A stretch of 64,000 nt of DNA. Source: Podospora anserina. Taxonomy: Eukaryota. The DNA is taken from the NCBI GenBank assembly GCA_017654855.1, contig CM030332.1, positions 2,914,001 to 2,978,000 on the forward strand. The letters run 5' to 3'. The position numbers and the translations under genes are program-made. Positions within the stretch are counted from its first letter, which is position 1. Every line of letters starts with the position of its first letter. The notes beneath the pieces are model-generated. The model did not search any database, was not told the origin of the DNA, and worked only from the letters and a program-made list of their open reading frames with translations. Shown in pieces: positions 13,715 to 26,713 of this stretch.

Positions 13715-16700
13715 ATGTCGAGTAAGTCGCAAAACGGTCGTATGAGCGTCTTTGGTTTGCGGCTTCCCGCGTTTCACTTTGAAAAAGAAGGCCAGGACAA
13801 GAGCGAGGGAGAAACAGACGTAACTAGTCTTGGCAGCAGCACAAGCAGCGAGCTCTCTGCAAAGACCGAGAGGCCTGCTACGCCACGTTCCGAGACGGAT
13901 AGCGGCAGCTCTGGGTCTCCTGTTACCGGGCATTGCTGTACGTACCCAAGCACAAGCCTAGTGTGTACGAGCCAGAACAGTGGGTTCCGAAGATCTGGGT
14001 TCATGGTTGCTCACCACGCGTTTTCATGCAGATTCGCACCGTCGTTTCCCTTCTCAGCCCCAGAACAGGCCGATCCATCGAAAACCGGTTCCGAGCAAGT
14101 CTTATACCCCCTATACCCCGCCAAACAATACCAACGCAGCTCCAACCACCACCACCACTACCACCACTACCCCCACCACCATCAAAAACTACACCAACTC
14201 GACCGGTCCCTTTGAGCCGCCTAATGAACCGGTCAGTAACGTGAAGAGTAACGACTCACCTCTTCAGCCTGTAACCAATTTCGCGCCTTCCTCACCACCA
14301 CGCCCACACCACAACGTCTTGGGCTCTCCCTTCCAGCCCAAAAAAGCTCCCACCATGCCCGTCTCCAAACCCCCTCCGCAGCAGGCCATACCGGCCATCC
14401 ATCCACACCTAGCTTCACCTCCCCCCGGCGTACCGAATGTCATGACGACGGCAGCTACCCCGGCGGCCACCACAGAACCCAGAAAGCTACAGAGAAACAG
14501 AAGCCCCTCCCCCGAAGGCCCTCCTCCATCGGCGGCGGCCAACAAGCTCCATGCAAACCGTCTTCACCCTCGTCACCAATCCCCAGGTGCGGCGCCTAGA
14601 GGTCGCAGTGTCTCGGCCCAGCCACCCACAGGAGGAGGACCAAGGGGACTCTCTGTCGATGCTTCCAGGGCAGTGTCCAACCCACTCGAGTTCCGTGCGG
14701 ACTCGCAGCCACGGTCCAGCGAAGCAGGAGGGAACCTCAGTCCCACCACTGCGGCCGGCGGTGCTGCCCCTCCAGAAACCAAGAAGAAAGTACGGAAGAG
14801 CTGGCTGCCTGGGGCAAGGTCAAGGTCCAACTCGAACGACTTGGGGAAGCCAAAGGGCACAGGAGCGTGGATCATGTCGCCGGATAACCAGGTGGATTAC
14901 AATGTCGCTCCCTTGTTTACCGGGGATAAGGTGAGCAACCTCGATCATGAAATGCTTGGCGAAATCACACTTCTGACCTTAATATCTGATGTCATAGGTC
15001 CCCGAGCTATGGAACGAACAGGGGAATGTGCTGGTGTACCTGCACCCAAAGGAAAGAGGGCTCGGGCCTTCGTTTAGGGTGCATGATTATGCGTTCAGTT
15101 CGTCATTGATACTGAACGAGCTGTTGGTGCAGGAGATGATGGCCTTGGCGGCGATGAGCTCCGACTTTTTGGGGGTGGATGACGCCGAACGGCGCCAACA
15201 ACGGCCGGGGCTGCAGTCGCGGAATTCGGGAGGGGGCGGTGGTCTTGTTGCTGATGGGCACTTGTATCTGCCTCTTGGGAACAACGAGGTGGACTGCCTC
15301 GTGGCGGCGAGGAACTTGTTTGCGTTTTTGACGAACCAGCCTTTGGTCGGGACGCCTCAGCAGCCGACGCTGTTTCAAGCGCTCATTCAGATTTCGGAGC
15401 AGTTGAGGCAGTTTCAGTTTACGAATTATGACGGGACTTCGTACGGCGAGTCGGTGGACGCGTCGTTTGATATGCTTCTTGATCAGTTTCACATCGCCGA
15501 TGTTAGACACAGCCGAGAGAAGACGATTGAGGGGTTGGTGTTGGGGGAGCACATGAAGTCTTGGAACTTGTACAACGAAGCGTTTTCTCATGCGGTGGGG
15601 AAGTATGAGAGCTTGCTTGAGCTTAAACTCCCGCTCTACAACAGCATCTCGGCCGTCACGAGGGAAAGGCTGGAGCGCGCTCATCTGAGTCTTGCCAACC
15701 GCCAGGCCAACGTCCAAGGCCGCCTCGAAAACTTTGAGTACCCCTCTCTCTTCGCCGGCACCGCCAGCTCCACCTCCAACCCAGACTACCGCATCGTCCG
15801 CTTCAAAGAATGGCGCGCCGCGTTTTCCAGAATGAGGACGTTTGTCCTGGGGTACTACAAGGACTTGTTCGGGTCCTGGCCACCAAAGGCGCGCTCGAAA
15901 AAGAACCACTTTACCCAGTCTGGTCTCAACCGCCAGTGTCTAAAGATGCTGTATTCCGACCTCTGCGCGCTGTATGACCTCTTGGTGGACAGACAGTCGA
16001 TCACGCCCCGGGTGATCGACCAGGACTACTACGGCGCCGACTCGAAGAACGCGGAGGGAAAAGAAGACAAGAACAAGCCCAGCATGGAGCTCATCCCGGC
16101 GTGCGTCTCCGCCCTGAGGCAGATGCTCTCCGAATTTGAAAAGTCTTCCCCGCCGGTGCTGCCGCCCATCCCGTTTGACATACCCAAGATCCCGACCATG
16201 ACGGCCATCTACGAGACGTACGACAACCTGCCCGACAAGAAGAAGGCCAAGTTTGACAAGGGTTTGCAGACGCACGAGCTGCAGCTGATCATGATCAAGT
16301 CGAGGAACATGGACACGGACGCGCTGGGCATGCCTTTTTTGCAGGCGTACAAGGAGTTTGAGCTGAAAGAGGCCAAGGGGGTGCACCCGCACGACTTGAT
16401 TGATCACCGGATTGGGCACTGGTTGTTTTTGTATGTCACACTGCAGAGCCTGCCGATGCTGGTGGTGGACGCGCCCGGGTTGCATTACACGGAGGGGGTG
16501 GAGTACTTTTTGTGCGAGGCGCCGCAGGGGAACCCGCCGTGGAGGGCCGAGGACGTGGGGGAGGTGAGGAAGATGTGGTATCAGACTGCCGATCAGAAGA
16601 CTGTGGAGCTGAGCGCGGATGTGGTGCTCTTTAGTGTGGAGGGGGTTTACATGAGGAGTCATTGTTGGCTGGCGGGGAAGGAGTGGGAGGCGCAGAACAA

Positions 16701-17409
16701 GGAGGGGGGGGTTAATGGGAATGGGTTGGCGGTGCCGGGGCCAACGGCGGGACAGATTGGGGTTGCGCTTGGGGGGGAGGGGGGAGGGATGGGGACAGAT
16801 GATATGATGATGGCGGGGGGGTTGCCTTTTGCTAGCCCGTTGCATCCTCCCAGGGCTGTGTTTGCGGATATGGATCCGTTTAATGCTGGGGTAGGGGGGG
16901 GACATTCGAGAAGGGGTTCGGATGGGAGTGTTGTCGCGCCGGGGTCATCGCAGGTGAGGGCACGGAGTGGGAGTCCGGCGCATCGGGCTAGGCATGCTTA
17001 TCGGGCGAGTATTGCCATGGGGCTGGAGCCGTTACCGCATGTGGGGAGTGACGCGCCGCCTCTGCCCGGGGACAGGACGTCACGGGTGCCGAGTACGGGG
17101 TCTGGGTCGAGCAGCCCTGGGTTTACCGGTGGGATATACGGGCCGGGCGGGCTGAGGGCGAGCAGGTCGGCGGTGAACTTGACCGGCCAGCAGGGGCAGC
17201 AGTGGCATGTGGGGGATACGCATATGGGAATGGGATCTAGGAAGTCGAGTTATGGTGGTGCTGGGGGTTTGCCCGGGGGGGCACCACCTGCTATTCCTGC
17301 CGCAGGGCAAGGACACTCGAGGGAAGGGTCTCAGGGTGGGAGCACGTTTGATGATATCTTGAAGGGAATGGATACGGGAAAGAAGAAGAAGAAGGGGTTG
17401 TTTTTCTGA
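13715..17409 (+). CDS. Large fungal protein of unknown function (Pro/Ser-rich N-terminus, globular core); exons 13715-13937, 14032-14930, 14998-17409
   Basis: Three ORF-track segments join in frame through GTACGT...CAG and GTGAGC...TAG introns; core VPELWNEQGNVLVYL...WPP...HWLFLY...YFLC..RSHCW; ends KKKKKGLFF. Confidence 0.78.
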
Positions 17410-20400
17410 AAGAGGAGGGTGTTACTTTGTTGACAGGCAGGCCGGCGCTTTTGTTTGGAAATGGTTAGGGTTGGGGCAGGGGATACAGGACAGATTAGTG
17501 ACCATTTTCTTTTTTTCTTGCACATGTTTTATCTTGATTACCTTTATTTAACTATAAACTTGTTTGTGAAAGAAAGAGAGCGATACTTGCATCTGGATAG
17601 ATGATACCCACAACTTGTATATTCTTTCGGGTTTCTTGGTTTTGCTGTCTTGGACTTTTTATTTTTATTTTAGTTTGGGGCTGCTTTATATTGAGTTGAG
17701 GTACTAGTTGAGATAGTTGAGATAGCACTTGAACAAAGACACTAAACTGAATATTTTCTAGTTTGCCCTCCTGTTGTCTGGCTGTGGAATATCGGTGTTG
17801 CAGTTCAATGATATTAGAAGCACATCAGATGAGGCACTCGTGAATATCTTTCTCAAGATCAAATCTTTTTATTTCTGGAGAAATCACAAGCTACCTACCT
17901 TACCCAAGCTAAAATCTTGACTGGAAAATGGGAAGATGAATTAGCCAAGGAAGCGAAGTACATTGTGTAGCATATGCAGGTACCACAGTGCACTAATGCA
18001 ACTTTCACATGATACTCGAAGCTCGATGTGGAAGTGACAAGTGGGTGGGAGGGGGGTTCAGCTACCGCAGCCTCGTCTCTTTTGCCCATTCGGTGGTTTT
18101 TGAATTTCCACTTCTTTTTTCCAATCTTCCACCGTGGCCGCCGCTTCAAAAAGACACACACATGAACATGGTCGAGATGGCCAGTGATGTCGGTCATTGT
18201 TTTCTCAGGCTGGTAAAGCACGCAGACCTAGGTAGGTAGATCGTCATGATGGGAAGCTGAACTTTTGGACGTGATAATACAAACTCCATCTCATTGGCTG
18301 CCTCGGACTTGAACTCGGGAACTGGATGTGGTTGTTGTAAGTTGATTCACAATATTACCAAAGTTGGATCATCCAGTGAGGCCATCCCTAGACAGAGGTT
18401 CAACTGCCATACGAATGAGGTCTCCTTGGGGTCGGTGTTTCAAGCCTTCTTCTTCCACGACCATGATTGATGATTTGGGGTCCAAAACTCCCAACAGCAC
18501 ACTCTCGTATACCTTACCCGCAGATGTAAATCGTCGGATCCTCGGTATCCGGCAACCACCTCGACTTCCACATCTGGCCCCCAGATGTAAAAATCCATCT
18601 ACATGGTGGCTGCCTCCCTGGCTGACGCCTCAACCTTCCATTTCCAATCTTGCCCTCCTCGGCACTTGTAAATCAATATAGTAAAAAATCCTGATAGAGT
18701 CATCTCACTTGAAAATGTTCCCATGTCTCTATATTGATTCAGCTAGACACCAGGCTCCAAGCCAAACAACGCCATTACCAGCCTCATCTCATAAACTATC
18801 TACCTACCCACCATACCCAACCGTCCTCAAAATACCAGTCTGCCTAGGTAGGTAGGTAGGCATTTACCAAAGACAAGAAAAATGAGGACATCACAATGCC
18901 ACACAACCTTACCCGCATGCGCAAATGCAAAATCCCGAGATCTCGGTAGTGGTGGTGGTGACATAGCTGCCCAAGGCCATCAGCCAACCCTTCTCAAAAC
19001 AGCAAATCTCCCAAATCATAAAACACATCATCAAGGCAGACTGCGCAAATCCAACATCAACACCCAACACCCCCATCTGCGGCATGGCGTCCGGCCCAAC
19101 ACACCACACACGGCGCCGATGCATGCGCACCACCCTCCAAGAGCAACATCTCAATTGTACCATGTTGTGCATGTCTTGGTAGTAACTAGTCCATGTGCAC
19201 AGTGACAGTGACAAAAAAGTGACAGCTGCGCGTAACACCCCTTCCCCCTACCTACGTAACCCTCCTTCTTGCTTGAGCTTGTAATTGAATTTGTACCCAA
19301 GATATCATTCAAGTTGCTTGTCCCCCTTTTTTTTTTTTTTTTTTTCCGTTTTGCGCCCGCGCATTGGCGCTCGTCAGATGGCACCCAAGGCTGACTTTGA
19401 CTCACCTTAAAACAACAACACAAACAATAATGAGTGCTTACCTGAAAAAAAACCCGCCTACCGTTCCAGGAAAGCAACAATCAACACAAAATCAGATCAA
19501 AGCTGGCCGCATGAAATCCGGCCTGGGCAGACGCCGGCCGGCCGGAGGTTCTTGTCTAAACTCTGATGGTGGGGTGGCATGGCGGATGATGGATGGTGGG
19601 TTGCATGCGAGAAGGGGCCGCCCCCCGTTGCGCAATGGCATGTCCCGCAAGGCTGGGCCCAGACAAAAAAAAGCGTTGCTCCAATTCTCCGAAAGTTGAA
19701 GTTTCCCTTCAAGATGATGTTGTTCATCACCGCAAAATTTGGCAAGATTCGAAAACAATCCGACGGTCATAGAAACTTGAGATGGTCCATTTTCCCCACA
19801 GGTAGGCTCCTGATAATCGCTCATGATCATTCGGCGCTCTTTGTGAACCTCTAAACGCTTCAAATCCACCTCGTCCTAGTTCGCGGCCTGCGGTATCAAA
19901 AAAAAGGCAAATGAGTTTTCGCAAATGCTGTCCTAGTCGTGCCTCGTCCATCCCTAGATCGCAAAAAGTATTCGGTTTCATCAATTGTAACATTCGCGTC
20001 GCTATCCGCGTGCTGTGACGTGCGCATTCGAGCATAAGTGCCTTTCCCGTGCTCCCGCGGGCCGCCCAGAAGACCCCATTTTCTGTAGCCCGTCTCGATT
20101 TCCGGTGAAGCAAGGCCATTCCATTGGACGGTTGTATAAGTGTGTTAGAGCTGAATTGACCAATCAGACACCCCTGCCACACCGATTTTGGAAAACCGCC
20201 CAGGGCTCACACACCATCGAGGGGGGACCAGAGACTAGAGGAGGCTCTTCGAGCTGCCCCAAGGCACAGAAAACTCGACGAGAAACCCTCGCCTGGCTGC
20301 TTGTCTCTCCTCTTTTCTATACCCGTACCCTCTGGCCTTTAAAAGAAACATCTCGGTTTCCCCAGCTGGCCCGGACCTATCGTTGGACAAACGACCTCCT

Positions 20401-20538
20401 GAAGAGAAAGCTTTGCCGTATCGGTTGCCTTGTTTTGTGTCATTCGAACTTGGCTCACACTGGCCTGCTGTCTCATCCACATAACCACATACCTAGGCGC
20501 CGCTAGCCCCGTATTATTGATCCGATCTTGGACCAACC

Positions 20539-22430
20539 ATGTCATCCCTCATGCTTGACCGCTCCAGAATTCGCGGTGCAGGTGGGTTCCCATGGGGGGA
20601 ACCTGCTGCTGCACCCCGCAGCCAGGGACTTGACCGGGACTCTGCAAGTACCTCTTCCCAAAGTGACGACTTTTCCGACCTCTTTGACTGGACGGCATAT
20701 GAAAGGCATGGCACATCTGATGTGACCACACAATCCCAACACTCGGCCGAAGGCGCCAAGGGTGTTCCCGCATTCCCCAGGTCACCCCAGTCGTCACCCC
20801 AGTCACCCGGTCCTGCCTCCGATCTTGATGGGGATCTTCCCATGTCAGACGTTGAATCAGACCCCCACGTTCTCGTCTGGCCCGTCCTAGGACCGGAACC
20901 AACACGCGAGATGTCGCCCATCGAGCTCCGTCCCCCTCACCTTGGCCAACCAGACATGGCTGCCCCCAGAGCTGTCCAAAACGAGCGGCCCCAGAGCAAG
21001 AGGCCTCGAGTTCTGGAGTCCCCAGAGCAGACCAAGGAGGTACGCGATGCCGGGGCGTGCTACCACTGTAGGATGAACAAGAGCAAGGCAAGCAGGGCCT
21101 CTTCTTCCCTTCTCCCTGCCCACCTCATTGCTGACTGGGTCTCTGTACATAGTGCTCTCCTACTTCTGCCTGCGAACCCTGCTTGAAACATCCCAAGCCC
21201 GAGCTGGCCTGTGTTCGACAGCTTCTGTCGAGCATGGTCGCCAGCCAAAGTGGTATGCTTGTCTCGGTGCCATGAGAGCCGAAGTAAAGACTGACTGTGA
21301 CGTCAAGCACGCTGGAACTTGAGCGAGCCTCCGAGGCGTGAACCTATGAATGAAGGCGGGTCCTTCGTCATTTTTATCTCTTTCTCAGACAAGACCAACA
21401 GTCGTTGCTTGCCCTTGACGGTGGCTCCCTTCATTCACCCTGACCAGGGCACTCGGTTTGGTATCTCATTGTCATCGCAACCGCTGCAAGAGAATGCCCT
21501 TCTGGCGTGGGCACAGGATGATATGCAGATGGATGACAGAATCGATGACTTTGAGTCGCTCCTCAACCACTTCCACATCCACCATGTCCGCGGCGAAGGT
21601 TTGAAGAGGGCCATGGACCGCGCAACTGCGGGCAAGCCGATCAAGGCTGTGGAAAGCCAGAAGAAGCTCTTGTCTAATTTGTTAGAGTTGAAGCTGATGT
21701 GGAAGATCTGGAGTTGCAAAGACTTCTTTGGCCGGCGGCAAGAAGCCGGTGCTGGCCGCCCCCTTGGGTTGCAGTTCTCCTCCGTTCAGAGCTGGCTTCG
21801 CTTCACCGCGGCCTCGGCAATTTCGAGGCTTGAAAAGAACATTCTGGAGGTCTTTGATGAATACCTCAAGAAAGATGCTGCTGGCTTGACAACCGCGACC
21901 AAGCCGATTCTCGAGCTTTCGAGATGGGTGTCGCTCTGGCAAATGATCTTGGTCTACCGCCAGTCGCTCAGGCTGCTCCAGGAGCACAATGAAGCGGAAC
22001 CATATGTGCCAGGAGGTGAGCAAAACCCCAGACAAAGTACTCCACCACCGTTTTGGTACTAACAACAAAACAGTTGAGACCAATGAGAAGCGACGGAGGT
22101 TTCGAACGACAACCGCGGACTTGTTTCGTAGCGTTGTTGTGATTTACTGGGAGCTGTTCCACAAGCCAAAGACAATCCAGAATATCCAGAACCCTGAGGC
22201 GAGACTTTTCGGAGATGATGTTCTCCATAGAGGGTTCCAGAGCGTGGTGGCTGCTGTGCCAACATTCTGTGAGTTGCCGTCCTAAAAATCGGCATCGGCG
22301 ATGTGATCGACTGACGGTAAATTTCCCAACAGACCAGCAAGTGGCAAATCTGAGTTTGCCGGCAGACGAGTTCTTCCGGGCACATCTTGTCGACAGAGAC
22401 CTCAAGAAGCCCAAGACGAAGCGCCGCTAG
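20539..22430 (+). CDS. Zn(II)2Cys6 fungal transcription factor (5 exons; first intron GC-AG)
   Basis: Splicing 21088-21152 gives CYHCRMNKSKCSPTSACEPCLKHPKPELAC (six-Cys cluster). Further GT-AG introns at about 21253-21307, 22016-22072 and 22269-22332; stop TAG at 22428-22430. Confidence 0.8.
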
Positions 22431-22839
22431 CTTCATAATGGTGTAGCTCTTGAGTGAGGCGCTCTGGGTATTTGTTATGATTGACGATGTCGATGAGGTT
22501 GATGACTCGATGACATTGATGACGATTGATGACTGTTTTCTTGGCGTTATGGATGGGAAAAGACAAGGCCCCCGCGGGTGATTGGGGTGTTTGGGTGCTC
22601 AAGAATGTTGCATAGGCCCGAAAGGTTGCTTGATCTGGCATCAAGACTTGTCAGGTTATGCTGAGCCGGGCGCTGGATGTTTTGTCGTCTTTGTGAGGTG
22701 CTACTCTGTTTTGCCTTTTGTCTGGGGGAAAGTCGAAGAGAGGTTGTCAGATACGTTCCAAAGATAGAAACATACTCTCAACCGTCCGTCCATCATGGCC
22801 TTGAGTGCAGCCTAGCCGTCCATATTCAACAATCCTGCA

Positions 22840-24721
22840 TCAAGCAAGTACATTGACTGTGACGATAACCTTCTTCTTTTCGTCACCATGCTTCCCGACC
22901 TTCTTGAACAACTCCCTCAAGTCGTCAAAATCGAGACCTCTCGAGGCCTCTTTGCTGATGGTGATCTCGAGATGTAACTTGTACTTCTTCCCCTGCTCAG
23001 CGCTGGAACGGAACGAGATCTTGTCCCTGATGGCCTCATTAGACTTGGGCCACGCTGGAATGACTGTTGCCAGTGCTGCTGTTACAGCCCCCGTATAGTC
23101 TGCCCAGAAACCAGCGTTCGGATCTGCCGCATCGACAAGCTCGCGAAGATTCCGCTGGAGCTGTTGATCGATAGGGCACAGGTTTGCGCCCCAGCGTGCG
23201 CAGAGAGTCACAGCCAAAACCGCGCGAGCCAGATGCGTCAGACCCGGCGAGTCAGGATGGTTGATGGCATCGTGGAGAGCAGAAGACGCGTTGGCAGCAT
23301 CACTCTCGCCCATTCGACACCAAATGTGGCTGGCGTAAAGGGGACCAAGCTGCAGACTGAAGACGCTGGCTACGCTGGTCAAGTCGAAACCGGGCGGAAA
23401 TGCCGAGTGCAAGGTGCTGAGGAGGGCTTGTAGGGTTGTGCCACCTTGTGCTGGACCCGAAGGAATTGAGCTCTCAATGTCATCTGGAAGTGACAAAGGA
23501 TTGCTGTTCCTGATTTCCCGAGGTAGCATCATCAGCAACGCACCCTCCCGGTTGCCCCCTGAGCAGAACGTTGCTGAACGTATAGGGGGCACTGCTGCAA
23601 TGAGAGCTTCAACAACAGTGACAATGGCTGGAAACTGGGCACGTCTGCGTTTTGACATGCCAAAGATTTTGCCTTCAAAAGACTTGTTGACTTGAAGCAT
23701 CTCCTTGGTTTTGTTGAAGAGCTGTCCAGAGGCCGTGTATGATCCGATTGATGGGATCGGATAGGGCTGGATGGGATTCTTGTGCATGATCATGCTTCCG
23801 TAACCCCGGAACCCTCCGCCGCAGAGGAAGATATCGATCCCCGCCTCCTTCCCCCTCGCCTCAGCAGCAAGCTGGGCGAGGGTAGGAAACTTGGCGCACA
23901 GTGTCTGAAAAGCCTTAGCCATGCCATCTTGGAGCTTGGCTTTTTCGGACGTCTGCACATCGACGTGGGCGGTATCGAGAATCTTGATGAGGCGAGCAGC
24001 TCCAAACGGCAGACTCTGTCCCGCAACCGCTGCTTCCACCTCAGGGAGAGGCTGTCCCTGGTCCTGTTGATGCCCAGAAGTACCAGACGTGTCCATCCAC
24101 GTCATCTGAACACTACCGCCGCCGAGATCGAGAATCAAGCCCTTCACATCAACAAAGCTTGACCGAGCCCCCACGGCTCCAAAGAGGGTCTCGACTTGAG
24201 GCGAAAGGATATGCACGCTCAGATCGGGAGCCTCGGCACGTATCGCCTCGAGCATAGACGCGGCATTCTCGGCCCGGCGCATGGCTTCTGTCGCAAAGAC
24301 GATCAGCTGACTGGGAGGCACATCATAGCTGTCGACAGCAATAGACCTGAAGCGTGCCAGTGTCTGCGAGACTTGCTTGATTGTCGCATCGGGGAAGACC
24401 AAGGGATGGTCGCCATGTGCCGATGTTGATGGCCGGTTCAGGGCATCGAACAACGAGATGGCCGCCCTTTCTCGGTAGAGACACTTGAGCAGGCGGGCCC
24501 GAGGAGGGCAGAGATCCGAGACAGAGAACCGAATGCCATTGCTTCGAGGGAAGCGTGATGTTTGATTAGGGAATGGTTACGGAGAAGGAAGAGAAGAAGG
24601 GGCGCTCGGCTTACCTTCCCATGTCAACCAGGGCATAGCGGTGGTTTTTGCTGTTGGGATCCCATCTCGGCAGCTTCTCCTTGTAATTGCCAATAGTGAC
24701 AATATCGACGGTGGAGGACAT
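22840..24721 (-). CDS. RTG2: Retrograde regulation protein 2 (Ppx/GppA, ASKHA family); one intron near 24543-24613
   Basis: MSSTVDIV...ALVDMGSNGIRFSVSDL...ATEAMR...DLGGGSVQ...SLPFGAA...CGGGFRGYG...GGNREG: Ppx/GppA motifs typical of fungal Rtg2. Confidence 0.88.
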
Positions 24722-24758
24722 GGTGATCAATTGGGGGCGGAGTAGTGAGTGGGTGCAG

Positions 24759-24790
24759 TAGGTAGGTAGGTAGGTAGGTAGTTAGGTAGG
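24759..24790 (+). repeat. (TAGG)n microsatellite (similar runs at 18845-18860 and 61940-61960)
   Basis: taggtaggtaggtaggtaggtagttaggtagg seen directly. Confidence 0.9.
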
Positions 24791-25305
24791 CAAAGAGGTG
24801 AAGTGGACGCTCTGACTTTTGGGTTAGGCAAATTTGGAGCAGCGCCCAAATGTTGCTAGCCTCGTGACGTTACTGCCCAAAACTCGCGTCGTCCTTTCTC
24901 AAAGGCCCGTATCCGATAACGCACGCAATCTTTTGCGTATTGCAGCTTCCATCTGCAACTTTGCGCAACGTGGTCCGGCGCGACTGGAGCAGCTTGAAGC
25001 AGACTCGGAACGACAACGTCGGATGTGGTCCCACGATTTGGAACTGGCTGATTCACCAATGAACTGTAAGGGCCCGAGATGACGTTGGTGCAACCATGTC
25101 AGCCGATGACGCCTTAACCGCCGCGCTCCCATCCTCCGCCTATTTATGGTAGTGCGCTATCTTATCCCACGCTCGTCGTTTCAACCAACAATGTCAGGCA
25201 TAGGAGGCTGTGTAACGCAGTAAGTATGAGTAAGGATGCAAATCTAGTATGTATTATTTATTATTATTGGTATACCTTTCATGTCTTGAAACCCTTCACT
25301 GGCTC

Positions 25306-26713
25306 TCATGGCCATACTGTCGCCCTCAATGTGTCCGCCTTTTCTGAAGATCCAAGAAGGATCGAATACCTATCCTGATGTTGGATAGGGGAGCTGGTGG
25401 CGAGAGACTGTGGCTCTCCGTCTGCTCCTGGTACAGAATTCCGCCTGAGTGCGATGTTCCAGTCAAAGATGGAGCCGCTCAGGCCAACGGTCAGTCCCGC
25501 CCGAAGCATGATCTCGTAGTCGACGAGCGCACGCTGGTCCCATGTGAGTTGCTCGAGAAGCTCTCGGCCTTCCGGTTCATCCAGCATTAAATCCTGCTTG
25601 TATACCATCGTCACGCCCACCGCCTCGGCCTTTTTGGATAACTTTCGTCTGCGCTCTTCTGTTTCTCCCGTGGCAACAAAAGCAAAGCCGGTCGTTGAGT
25701 TGGTGACAAGCTCGACCAAGGTAGAGACCTGGTCGTCGAAGGGTGGAAAGATAGGAGTCGCATCCGCCTCTGTCCTGAGATGTAGTCCGGGGAAAGTGCT
25801 GTGCTGGAAACCCTGCTTAGGGTCCAGATTCAGTTGATATTTCTTGTGTAGATTGTACAGCGCAATAGCGGCGAGCACTCTGGCGTCTTTACGCGGCCGT
25901 AGAAGACGGCCAAAGTTCTTGGCCAACTCTGGGTTCCCATATGCTGTTGGGAAAACCGAGCTTATCACATCGGATCTGAACCGTATGGGAAACGGACGTG
26001 TCTCTGGGTCCTCTGTCCTGTCGATGTACGACTTGATCTGCTCCGACAACGTATTCATGTCCTCAATAACGGAGCCATTCAGTTTAGCTCCAACATCTTG
26101 TAAGCTAATCTTCCGAGCTGATTGCACCTGTGGCACATCCCAAAGCTCGTTCATGGATCGATATAATTTCAGCTGCGGGCAGTGCTCCGATAGCGTTTGG
26201 TTGAGGTATTCATAGTCGAACAAGTAGTCGATAAACTCCCCGATGTAGGGACCGCCGCCGTTCTTGGGCCGGGTATTCGCAACGTTCTTATCGTCGCGCT
26301 TGATGATCCGGGGAAGAACCAACTCGGCTGAACAAATCCATCCGTCAGTTTGCATACCTCTTTTGAATGTCAGACTTCTCCATCTTACCACCAGCCTCGA
26401 TAGCGAAGCGAATGCAGTTCAGATGCGCGTCTTTGACTTGGCCAAAACCTCCAGATTGGGGATCACAAGACAGCATCAACCCTGGTGTCCAAGTCTTGCT
26501 CGCGCATAGCTCCGAGATACTACTGCCATCTAGTTGTCCGCCAACATCGTGATCCAAGAAATCCGTGATGAAGATATCCCTTTCGCTTTTGAACTGGCGA
26601 ACGACGCTGTTATACGCTGGCTGGTCCGAGACCATGTAGGCGACCAACCATACGACAATCAGTGCCGGACCGGCGAACTTGAGCAGATGAACGAGGCGCG
26701 GGGAGGCCAGCAT
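25306..26713 (-). CDS. Type II membrane O-fucosyltransferase-like glycosyltransferase (2 exons; intron approx. 26387-26329)
   Basis: N-terminal TM; GGFGQVK...NCIRFAIEAG|AELVLPRI...GLHLRTEAD...FVATG...LTWDQRALVDYEIMLRA...GLSGSIFDWNIALRR, resembling GT-B O-FucT motifs. GTAAGA...CTGAC...CAG intron joins the two ORFs. Confidence 0.72.

Noticed and set aside
26329-26391. Apparent frameshift between two overlapping ORFs of the glycosyltransferase
   Set aside because: Fully explained by a canonical GTAAGA...CTGAC...CAG intron.
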